This document shows positions 36,242 through 48,065 of a DNA stretch of 64,000 bases, piece after piece (within the stretch, counting starts at the first letter, position 1; every line of letters starts with the position of its first letter). Under the pieces are notes generated by a model. It made no database searches and was not told the origin of the DNA. It saw only the letters and a list, made by a program, of their open reading frames with translations. Position numbers and translations under genes: made by a program. This DNA is from Callorhinchus milii. Its lineage: Eukaryota. The DNA lies in assembly GCF_018977255.1 (NCBI RefSeq), contig NW_024704807.1, forward strand, positions 1 to 64,000, given 5' to 3'.

Positions 36242-38417
36242 TCTCTCACCGCTGAGAGATACCGTCAGCCCCGTACACCTCAGAGTGACTGCGAGTAACA
36301 CAGAGCTGTTCTGTGACTGAGAGCAAAAGGCGGAAGACGAGGCTTTTTTGTTGACTTTTGACCACTCCATTAGGAATAAATGGACAATTGACGAGGACCC
36401 GATGAGAGGAAGTCAATAAACTAACACTGGGAATAGGACAAAGTCTGTGTGATGGGGCTCCTCAACGACATGATAAGGTACTGTTTGAAAATCAAGACTT
36501 ATTATTTANNNNNNNNNNNNNNNNNNNNNNNNNNNNNNNNNNNNNNNNNNNNNNNNNNNNNNNNNNNNNNNNNNNNNNNNNNNNNNNNNNNNNNNNNNNN
36601 NNNNNNNNNNNNNNNNNNNNNNNNNNNNNNNNNNNNNNNNNNNNNNNNNNNNNNNNNNNNNNNNNNNNNNNNNNNNNNNNNNNNNNNGCTTCCTTTCTCA
36701 ACGTTCTCATACACACACTTACAGACACCTCTGTTTTTCTTGCAGTAAGTGGGAACCCGCTTGCTTGTTATATGTTGATTCGCTATGCATGGGTAAAAAT
36801 CCCTGCAAATTAATAATAATTTGGTTACTTAATCCATGACTATGTGGGGAACGCCTCGTTTTGTGGGCGAAATGCACCAATTGTTTGCCGCGTTTTGCCC
36901 GCCAAACACACAGTCACTACACTTTACTGTATATTGCATGAAGCGCTCAGAGACGTATTGATGACGTGATGCTGCGTTGTATAAAATGCAAGGAGTGTTA
37001 TTATATTTAATTATTTTCACAAACGTTACTGTCCTTGAACATTCACCTGATTCCAAGGGTGTGAGAAGAAGCTGATTACTGATGTTATCAGAAGTTTGGG
37101 ATCAGATCTTGTCTTGAACTATGGACTTGGAGGGCAAAGCAGTTTGACGGTGTGTGTGAGCTATAGGCAATAGTTTTATCATTGGAGCCAGTTTTCGCTC
37201 ACTATCATGCTAATGATTGCGTAATATATGGATCGATTTCATGACTCAAAACTCTCCACAAATTATATTGAATAGTTGATTGACTTTACATATTGTTGGT
37301 AAATTGAATCGGATAATTGTGCGTAGCAGTGTCCCACAGTGAGTCGTGGATTGAGGGACGGAATTCATATTTTACTTATATATTTACGGACATTTTAAAT
37401 AAAATAATATATTTGGATTATTGACCCCCCGGTAAGCGATCCGCCAATGGACTGACAAGTATGTTCCAACTTACTGTTCGTTAAACGATGGCATGTATAG
37501 AGAAATGAATCTTACCTGGGAATCCAATCCTGTACGGCCCATGTCCTCTGTCTTCCTCAAACCATTAATCTACAGGACTCCGCATTACTTACATTGCTAT
37601 GTGCTTATGAGGAGTGCTCCCGATGTGTAATCCGCTGTATAAGAGTCAGTATTATTGTATTGTTGATGGCGGCACCTAATGGTGATTCAGAAGAATGTCA
37701 GTGTCTGTGTTGTCTCGGGATGAGTTTATTGGTGAAACATGCAAATTGGTTTAGATTTACCCGGTTACCCATTGAGAGCAGACACGAAGCCGTGCACCAT
37801 CAGCATTCCTCTCTGATAAACACACTCCATCTGAGCAACCACCTCTTCAACCACCGCTTCCCAACGTCTTTCCTCCTTTTTCCCAGGAAGTTCCCCAGCC
37901 ACCCACCACCCCAGCTTCCACCCCCTCTTCCAAGCTCACCATCTGCAGTTCCCAAACTGCCCAGCTCTTACCACAAGCTCTCACCCCCTCCAAAACACCC
38001 AACCCATCCACCCCACCAATGACATGGAATTCATTCTTCTTCCTTACAGTCAAACGAAAAATATTCAACAACGACTACAAAAACAACTTGGATTTATATT
38101 GGGCCCTCCATTCCGGAGGACGTCTCAAATTTTCCAAATGGGTTGGTATTGTTGCATTTGCAGAGCACGGTTAATCAACAGAAGTGTGGACTGCTGTAGC
38201 TAACTGCCTGTCAACTTTACTCTCAGCAGTTACTGTGACACATAATTATGTGGATCTTCGGCAGACAGACTGAATTGTGGTAGATGTGGCTTCCCCTGAA
38301 GTTCGCTGCACACAAAGATTGAGTCTGAACACGCACAGGGTTGATCAGATAGACAGACCAAGCTCAGAATGCCAGTTTAGTTATTGTACGAGGCTGTGGT
38401 TGTTTCCCATCACTGTG

Positions 38418-39428
38418 GTGATATAGGGAGAGACAGCAAAGTGATGCACAGCGCTGTCAGACATCAGCAGCTCAGAGATGGATAATCTGGTGACAGATTG
38501 GGAAGCGTCAAGCTGAGAAGTGAAACGATTTCCAATTCCATCTCCTTTCCTTTCCTCTTCGTAACGTGAATATCTTCGCACTATAAATTGTGGCTGTTTG
38601 TCTGGGTAATGTCGGTACCAGAACAGATAGTAATCGCTTTCAGTCGTGGAATAGGTACGTTCAAAAGTCACGTTTCCTCCCACTTTCTTAAACATTACAG
38701 CACCTTTCTGACTGACAGGGTCCCCACGGCAGAGTTCTGTAATAAACATGGAAGTTATCGACGTTATATTATAAAAAAATTGCGTGAATTAATTTCTCAG
38801 CGCCTTGTGACGTTATCCTGATGAGAAAGATTCCATGTAGACTTCAATTGTAATAACGTAACAGTAATAATCGCTGTGTTTAACATATCGGATTATCACA
38901 TTGTTGGGAATTCTGAAAGCGCTGCACACAATATTACTGTAAAGTGAATTGCTGAGTATTTTTATTGGCGAACGGCAGCAACCATTGCCACAGTAGAGTC
39001 CCACAATTAGATGTGGACTGGTTTGTCAATATTTTATTTTCTAATTCTGTAAGGCGATTATTATCCGCAGTAAAGCGGTCCGCCAATCCAGTAAAAAGCT
39101 TTGAGAAATTATCACCAATTGGAAGTTATTATTAGCACATTGTGTTCAAAGTGTAATGAAGGAAACAGTGTCGTTCTTGTTAATAGATGACCACAGGCTT
39201 GTGAGTGGAGTATCAAAAATTGACAAAGGTTTAGTGGTGTCCTTTCCGGGAATCGAACCCACGTCCTCTCACTTGAGAGTCGAGTGCTGTAACTACTGAG
39301 CTACAGACTTCCCTCCAACAAATGTTGTTGTAATGGAGCTGACAATCAGCAGCAATACGGAATCAGCTCAACACGACCTCACCTGACATAAAGGTTCTCA
39401 GCACCAGACAGACAGCAAACAGCCTCAT
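38418..39428 (-). pseudogene. V segment (family B-like): open frame but both canonical Cys lost
   Basis: Leader 39383-39428. Exon 38418-38736: VTFERTYS (Cys23->Arg) and AVHHFAV (Cys104->Phe). RSS CACAGTG, 23 bp, ACAATAACT. Confidence 0.85.
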
Positions 39429-40227
39429 TGCTGCTCTTCAGTCTGTGCGGTTGTGTCTGTGCCATTACTTTGCTGATAACCCGCAGTGATTGGCGTCATT
39501 GGCGGAGCCACAGTCTCACGTCACCTCATTGGCATCTGAGCCGCGTTTCAATACAACAACCAATTGCTTTTATACCGCGGCGTTCACCAGTCACTGGTGA
39601 CAAGTTTTCCTCTCACTCAGCTTCTCTTAATCGTGCAAGGCATAGCATTAACGGTAAGGATGATCATAATATGAATATTATGATTAATCTTCCGTTTGCT
39701 TTAGCAACTTATAAAATCACGCTTCAAAGCTCCTCATAGAATGGACAATATTGTGTAGTGACTGTATATTCTGTGCGCGAAGCTCGGCAGCCAGTTGCAC
39801 ACAAAAACTGGATCATAAAGATACGTGGATTGACTGACCAAATTATGTATAATTATTATAGTTATTATTTTGAAGGAATTGCTATCGGCGGAAAAGCAAT
39901 CCGTGAATCAGGTTCTGACATATTAAATACAGCTATGTACAGTAAGGAAACTTGCAAACATTTCGCCCTAACGGGAATCCAAACCGGGTCTCTCGCTTTC
40001 GAGGCCTGTGCGCTAAACACGGTTATTGCACGGTCAGTTGAGATCATGGGATCTTTGAGTTGTCTGTGTAACAGTCAGATGAGCTGCTAATGCAATGATC
40101 TCATTGTGTATCTGACTCCTCTCCCTTCCCACAGGAAATCGCTGCTGCGGCCGAGAGCGACAGAAGCACAAACCCACTAATGGCTGTTAGTTTTTGAACG
40201 AGTCTCTGACTGGTACCCATCACTGTG

Positions 40228-41129
40228 TGGTTGGAGAGCACAGTAATACACAGCGCTGTCAGACAGCTCCAACAGGGAGATGGTTAAACTGCTAAATTAT
40301 GTCGAGATTTGGAGCTCAATAGAGAACCGCTTTTTAGCAAAATCTGCTTTATATGTACTACCACCGGAATGCTGTTGAAGCACATACTGTGGTTGCGTTT
40401 CTTCTTGTTCTCGATACCAGTTAAAATAGTAGTTGCTCAGAGACGTATCATAAAGACATTCCATGGTCACACTTCCTCCTTCTTTCCCAGTCACTGAAGC
40501 CACCTTCTGTGTCACAGCGTCTCCCTGGGTCAGGCCTGAAAGACAAGAACGTGGAGTCCTGTAGCTCAGTGGTTACAGCGGTCGCCTCGTAAGAGATACG
40601 ACCCGGATTCGGTTCTTGGAGAGGACAGGGCACAATCTTAAGCAACAACAACCACAACAAGATTTCATTTTTAGAGCCCCTTTCACGTCGTTTCCTTCAC
40701 GCACACTCCTCTGGTTACCCAACACTAAGTAGAAATATGTTGGTTAAACAATTAGCTGATCCCTATCCGGGAATAATATTCCGTTCAAAAAGAAAATAAC
40801 AGACATTTTTGAAATGTAGTCAGTGAATCGTTGATTATTTGGGGGACACTACTGTGCGCAATTGGCTACCGAGTCTCCCCCGCGAAACAGAAAGTCTCTG
40901 CAGTTGACAGTATATTGCTTGAAGCGCCTTGAGACTGCTCGAAAACATATTGAAGCGCCATATAAAGCGCGATTACAATGATTATTATGTTTAATAATAT
41001 GAGCAGAAAAGGAAACCGATTCAGTTACAAGATTAAAAAAAATAATTGAAAGATTTATAATTGTTATAATAAAAAACCTATTAAAATGGCAGCGAGAACC
41101 AGACACAAAATGCTTCACTCCAACCCCAT
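40228..41129 (-). pseudogene. V segment (family D) pseudogene
   Basis: Leader 41078-41129 contains TGA. Exon 40228-40535 has TAA at 40297-40299. RSS CACAGTG, 23 bp, TCAAAAACT. Confidence 0.9.
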
Positions 41130-42980
41130 CACTTACTCCACAACTGAGCTCTTGAGTGGATAAGTTATTGGTGTTGATCGGAGGCGTATGGCTTTGAGTC
41201 TGGTTGGCACTTGATCGCTATGACCTCACTTCCTAATCAAGTGACGCGAGCATCGTCTGCTCAACGTTGGAGGGAAGTTAAAGTGTCACAGTTTATCTTC
41301 TGGGGGGAAGTAAGAGTGAGTTTCCTTCGAGCCCATTCAATTTAGTGACAGGCTTGACACAGAAAGGAAGACCAGATTTGTTGGTTTCCATGATATCACA
41401 GAGGTAGGATTGTAAATAACCAAATAGGGATTTATAGGTGAGTGTGAGGATCTTGAGTTCGGTCTGAGGCGGTTGAATTCGCTGGCGAATGGGAGCGAGT
41501 AGATTGGGATAAGTTCAGATAAAAAACTAACGTAATCGTGTGTGAAAGTAACAGAACATACAGATTTTTGGATCGTATGCAATTTGTGAAGGGAAGGGGC
41601 AGGTTATAGAGTAAGCAGACACTTGGTGTAATTTTGCCTGGACATGATCAATGCAAGAATTTAGATGTAAAATCAAGGAAACCAGCAGCCGAGCCTGAAA
41701 GAATAAATGTTCGCCTTCCATCATCCGAGGTGACATACTTTTAGTTGTACGTTCTCTTATCTGTCAGAATATTTTTGGTTCAGGATTCATGTTGACAATT
41801 TGAGATCAAATTCTAGATTGAAATTCAGATTCATGAAACAATAATTCTTCATAAACTGTCATTCATGACAGCCGTTTCTCCCGTATCATAATGGAAACTA
41901 AAAGAGTAATTCGCAATCATTTGGCCAAAAGTCCCATGCGATCATTATCTTCCACGTGAACAGACAAGTCAGTACCTCAGTCGAATAACAATAACAAACC
42001 TTTCATTTGATAAAGCACATTATCTCGTGTTAGAGACGTCTTAAAGAGCTGCATTGAAAATATTGTAAAGTGAATTCATGGTACGTTTTGCGACATCCAA
42101 GAATTGAATTTTTTTAATCTTTTATTTCAAGGATTTATTACCGACCCGGAAAAGTGATACAAAACGTTGCAAGGCCGCCGGATATAATTATCTCTTCCAA
42201 ATGATGCTCGACTTCAAAATACTCCGCTTCAAATCCCCTTCTGGATTAAAGATGACAATTTGTAAATGCTTAAATTTAGCTGGCAGCCTTCTTTGATTTC
42301 TTGATCAGTTGGACATTAATAGTAGCCTGTCGCCCTCTGAAAGACAATATCCCACAGTTCAGCATTGCTTCATATTCCATGCCAAACTTGAAGTAAAGCA
42401 ATTATTGTAATAATAATGTGTCGAGATTCCCAGTGGCTTATATCACCTGAAGCTCAGAGTACAGTAACACACCCCGCTGTCAGTCACTGTGTGGCCACGG
42501 ATACTGAAGCACCACAGACTCCCACACACTAAATCCTCGGCTCACAATTATGTTGATCTGTTCTGAGCCCCAAGTTGGCGAGAACCAAGGCTTGACAACC
42601 CCCACATTATGCTTTGGGGAAACTGTTGCTGTATAACCAGCTAATGCCACATAGTTTCCCGTTTACATTGCCAATTCGTAACAACTTCTTTCCACAGTAT
42701 ATTTTGCGAAGCCGTTTGAGACATCTCGAAGTCGCGATAGGGCGCTACATTAAATGTAAGGTTCACTATTATTTCGTTCATTGTTTCCCTCCACGAACTT
42801 TTCCATCACATTTTGCTTGTGGTTGGCAATCAGCCGCGTGTTTCCTCTGAGAGACACAGAAGCAAAGTAAAACGTGTGAATGAGGTCAACTGTCTGCACT
42901 AACATCTGTTCTGGGATGAGACCCTTTCTCTCCTCTTTGGAGGTTTATGCACAGTCGTGTTTTCTGACAGTAACACTGTG

Positions 42981-43285
42981 TGTGATGGCACTGTAACGTT
43001 TGACCATGTCAGATAGAGCCTCGTGGAGCACAAATGCAGTGGATATCTTCCTGCCCGTGTACATATTTGGCGTTAAACTTTGCGTTGTAAATACACTAAT
43101 GAATATATCCCCATTAGAATCACGTCTCCTTGCGTACAGAGGAGGTTCTCTTGGATAATGACGGTACCAGAATATCAAAACATTGGTGGAATCAGCAGAG
43201 AAGGTGCAGCTCAGGGTTACAGTCTGTACTTCAGTAACAGAGATTTCCACCTCTGATAGTTCAAAACTGACTCCATCTCCTGTCC
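42981..43285 (-). pseudogene. V segment (family A), mirror of 28742-29046, with Cys104->Ser
   Basis: RYSAITH versus HYCAITH in the left copy. Heptamer CACAGTG; same defective leader. Confidence 0.8.
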
Positions 43286-44424
43286 CTATAGCCAGAGAAA
43301 ACATGTTTATCAGTGTCATACAAAGCCCGGAGCTAAATCCACTAATTGTTTTAAGGGTTAGGGAGAAAGACTTAACATCATGCACAATAAAAGTGAATAT
43401 AACATCCCAAAGGAATTAACAGCGCAAATGTGCTGCCCTGTTAACCACAAAGCACACAGCAACTCAAATTTGCAATCAAAATATGTGAATAGCTTTAAGT
43501 TATACTCTATGCCGAAAAACATATAAGGGCTGTTGTTCCTTCATCTCCAGGATTTATTTTCTATGCTGGGTTGTCAAAAAATCAGACTTGTGCTCCAGCA
43601 TAGGTCAAGTAATACCCATTGATTATCTTGACTTCATCTACTGCAACTAACATAATAGCAATGATTGCATTTGATGGAGTGATTGTACATTTTCATCGGG
43701 AGCGCACAACTGTGTCCTGCAAAAACAGTCGTGAATCAAGAAACAAATCTATTATTTGCCAATTAATTTTGCAGCGGTCATTATCGCAGAAAATAATTTG
43801 ACAGTCGACCAACAAACGCGTTCCCACGTACTGTAAGAAAAACAGAGGCGCGAGTATGGAGTAAAGAAACTTGACCAACTTTTCGCACTGCCTGGGATTC
43901 GAACCCATGTCCTCTCACTAACGATTAAGGTACAAGTCTCCACTGACATTAAACTATCACTTTAAAACAAATCAGTGTGAAAATATATTTAACAGCATTT
44001 CAAGTGCCCGCTGTAACAAACAAAAAATTGGATTAGGCCTTTTTACTGCAAAATGTACAGTCAATTCAATTTATAGAATAATCTGAGAAGCGCATTGAGA
44101 AGTCTCAATGAATTGCTGCGACTAAACGTCAAATGGAAAGATTATGTTAATTGTTATTTTATTTTTATTACTATTATTATTAACATGTAAAAGTTCCAAC
44201 AAACATTTATCACAATCTTCTCTCTGTTGGTGAAGAACATCTCACATATACAATAAGAAAGGTATCACTTATTTTAGCTGACTTGACAAACCTCAACAAG
44301 ATGTGAGCTATGGTGGCATTTGGCAGAAGGATTGTTACACTCTCTGTCGCTAACTGTACTGTTTCCCAGCTTTGGCTGTGATGAGGGTTATTGTACGAGG
44401 CTTCCTATGATGTGTAACACTGTG

Positions 44425-44726
44425 GTGCAGACTGAGTGCACAGTGATACATAGCGGAGTCTGTCAGCCGCAGGTCGGCGATGGTTAAAACGCTGATTTTC
44501 TTGGCAGTGTCAAGAGAAACAGAAATATGATCTCCAGTGGGTTTTCCTCCCTCTCCTGAGGGGTTTCTGTGGAGCAGGTATTTCAGTCCCTCGCCAGGGG
44601 ACTGTCGGTACCAGGAGACGCTGAAATCCTGTCCGCAGTATCCTGAATATTGGCAATGTAAATTTATCCTCTCACCAGCAAAAGCGGTTTGTTCAGGCGG
44701 TGACTGGGAAACTGTATAATTGGATC
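44425..44726 (-). CDS. Leaderless supporting TCR-delta V, cassette 2 (intact)
   Basis: 302-nt open exon GSNYTVSQSPP...YSGYCGQDF...YHCALSLH. RSS CACAGTG, 23 bp, ACAATAACC. Confidence 0.9.
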
Positions 44727-45863
44727 CTGCGGGACGCAAATTACAGTTTACTTAGAGTCATGGAATCATTGAATCTTTCAGCACAGAAAGAGGCCATTCA
44801 GCCCATCGTGTCTGTGAATAGAGCTTTGAAAAGAGCTAACCAGTCCAATCCCACTTTCCCGCTATGAACACAAAGACCTTTATATTTCCTTTTGATGGAT
44901 CCAACCAATTTCATACTGAAATTATCTTTCGAATCTGTTTCCACTACCCTTTGAGGCAGCACATTGCATTCAGTAACAATTTTCAGTGAAAATAAATTCT
45001 TCTGCTCTCCCCACTTGTTCTGTTACCACTTATCTTACATTTGGGTTCATTGGTTACTGAACCACTTCCCATTGGAATCATGTTTTCCTTTTCTGCTCTC
45101 CCAAAAACACTCGCATCTGTGAATACTTCAATTAAATCTCCCCTGAACCTTCGGTGCTCTCAGGAGAACATTGCCAGAACATACAAATTAATTCTTTCTG
45201 TCCTGGTATCATTTTGCCAAATCTCTTTCGCTCCCTGTCCAAGGCCTTCACACACTTCCTAATGTGTCCGTGAAAGTTACAACGGTACACGTAAGGATTA
45301 ATGTTACATCAACAGTAGAAAGAGCAAAGGAATGTATTAAAGTAGACAGCTCTTTTATCTGAGCCATGTTTTATTGCTGACACAAACCCTATGTTTATTT
45401 CTGTGACACCATTGATAAGACTCTCGTAAGTGCACCGTTTAACTAAGCATTGATTCTTTAATTTTGTACTCGTTTGCTGTAGTGGATTGTCCACATTGAG
45501 GATTTGGGTGTCTGTGATCATGGACAACTTTAGCAGAGAATCATGTGTCAGTTTGTACCGTTAACTCCGAGGGTTTACAGTTGAGGCAAATGGAAAGTTT
45601 CTCTGCTGTAAATGTCGTTACTTTAACATCGCTGCTGGAGAAGGTTTATTCTCTGGTTCGTTGCCAACATCAGTTTCTCTCTCAGTCTGTGAACTGCTCA
45701 ATGCAATTTCACTTGAACAAGCAGCCAAGTGCTTTTCCTGTCTCTCCCTGTCTCTCTCTCCCTCTCTCCCTCTCTGTCTTTTTTGCTTTCTTTCTTTCTT
45801 TCTTTCTTTCTTTATGTCTTTCTTTCTTTCTTTCTTTACGTCTTTCTTACTCTCCTTCTCCCC

Positions 45864-45899
<36 letters not shown>

Positions 45900-46506
45900 G
45901 TCTGTCTTTCTTTCTTTCCTTCTTTCTTTCTGTCTTTCTACCTGTCCCTCTTTCTCTCTAAATCGTTTTTCATTCTTTCTTCAAATTTCTCGCCTTACAT
46001 TATCGAAACATGCAGTGTTTCTGCACGCTTGCATACGGATTTGCTTGTTGGTGTAGAATGAATTAGAAGTACATGGGAACCCTCAGTGTATATGGAGAGA
46101 CGAATGCTTGTTAACGTTTCAGGTTGATGAACTTGATTCAGAACTGTAGAACCCACTTTTTGGGAGAACAGAAGAGGATATTAATGGTAATACATCCCAG
46201 CGCTGTTAGTAATTAATTATCCGAATTAATATGAGTGTACTCTGGTCATGTTCCTTTGGAACTACTATGCAGACCAAATCAGTGTCTTTCAAAACATGGA
46301 AATAAAAGTTGGTCATTTGAGAAACAAACATTAAAGTAGGAGCTGATTTATATTTTCGCATCACATTCATTAATTTTTTTTTCAAGTGGTTCGTTGAAAT
46401 GGCACATTTGCACATAATTGGGAGCAATCGGTTAGAATTATGTTTTTTNGACAAACTCACGTAAATAAACTTTTACATTAATTCATTAGAAATGTTTCTC
46501 ACTTAC

Positions 46507-46562
46507 TTTTCGTTACAGTTACTTTGGTTCCTGATCCATCTTCTGTATGTTCCTCATAATAA
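46507..46562 (-). other. NAR-TCR J segment, cassette 2
   Basis: Mirror of 25473-25528. 23-RSS; GTAAGT donor. Confidence 0.9.
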
Positions 46563-46945
46563 CACAGTGACACAACTCTGATTCTACAAGGTGCAAAAAC
46601 TGTTCTATCGCATAATGGTTTAATCCTGGCACAAAAAACAGCAAATGCAGACAAATTGGAAACTAATTCCTATATTTCCACCACAGTCCCATTTGTATAA
46701 TATTCGTTTCTCCAAATCATGCTTATTTTCAGTAAGTTTTCCACATAAACACAGACAAAGCGCACAGGGAGAAGAACATCTTTCTGCAAATAATTACAGA
46801 AAACGTCTGCTTGAAATAGTTAATTTTGAAAGGCAACTTTCCACACGTTCGGGAGCATAAAACAGGATAATATTATCGGTGATCCATCCTCATGTATTTC
46901 CGTAAAAATAGCTATGCAGTATATGTGCAGATCTTTTCCAATGTG

Positions 46946-46958
46946 GCTTCCCAGCCAG
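46946..46958 (-). other. NAR-TCR D segment, cassette 2
   Basis: Mirror of 25077-25089 with 12/12 RSS. Confidence 0.88.
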
Positions 46959-47348
46959 CACAGTGTTTAATGTCAACACAAAAACACAGGTTTGCAATAC
47001 AACTCAAATGATTTCTGCCATTTACAAATGATCAATTAATCACATAACGTGTAAAATTCTTTTGAATATTTTCTCAATAAATCTGCATGCCGTCTGTCTC
47101 TTGCAAAAATGTATAAGGTATATGAATTCAAACAACGTAGTAACTTCAGATTGATACACACTCACTTTTCCTAAGTATTCATAACTGACAGTCGCTGCTT
47201 AAAGGAAGTATTCTTAAACATAGCTGCACATTACACACGAATGAGGAACATGCACTGAACTCATCGGCAATTTCACATTCTCTGTGTTTCTCCTGTGAGT
47301 TGGTGACGGGGCTTTTTGTATTGTTGGAAGCCCAGATACGGCATTGTG

Positions 47349-48065
47349 GTATCCCAGTCATATCGAGCTCTACAGTAATAATCAGCGCTGTCTTCAGCTT
47401 GCAAGTCATTGATTTCCAGAGAAGAGGACCACGATCCCTTGTCTGTCTTCACAACAAACCGTCCTTCACGAGGAATGGGCTTCCAATTTCTTTCATTTGG
47501 AAACCGCCTATAAAACTCCATACTTTTGAATTTGCTTAGAAAGCTTGCTGAGAAGACGCAGTTGATGGTTAGAGACTCGCATTCTTCTCTTCTAATAGAG
47601 GATGGTGTCTGTGTTACTGAGGCGCTGAAAACATCTGAGAAATTATGCACAATATTACATCAGTTTAACAGATTTTCAAAGTTAACCACTGCTATTACAA
47701 TTTCAGTGCAACTTTTGGCTTTATCTCCCTTGATATCAGTTGATATAATATACTCAGGATTATGTAGTATCATTATTATATTAATTAATTAATATGATTA
47801 TAATATATAATGAAACAAAAGTAAAATAATTGCCTGTCGCGTTTCGCCCATCAAAATACAAAGTTATTTCAGTACAAAATTATTATTTGAAGCGATTTGA
47901 GACGTCCCATCCACATCATAACGCTATACATCAATTACAAGGATTATTTGTACAGTGTAGTTACAGTACTGATGACATTCACTGGTGCTGTGAAGTGCTG
48001 TGTTGTGGAAACAACCACTTACATTGCAAGAAGAGGAAGGAGATGGAGACACAGAGGAGAGACAT
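47349..48065 (-). CDS. NARTCR: NAR-TCR V (VNAR-like), cassette 2
   Basis: Leader 48023-48065; exon 47349-47634. Translation identical to cassette 1; 22-RSS. Confidence 0.9.

Noticed and set aside
37850-38020. C-rich tract that could form a G-quadruplex on the minus strand.
   Set aside because: Low-complexity sequence within probable repeat debris, with no independent support.
45545-46061. Hydrophobic Phe/Leu/Ser-rich ORFs resembling membrane proteins.
   Set aside because: Translation of the (TTTC)n microsatellite.
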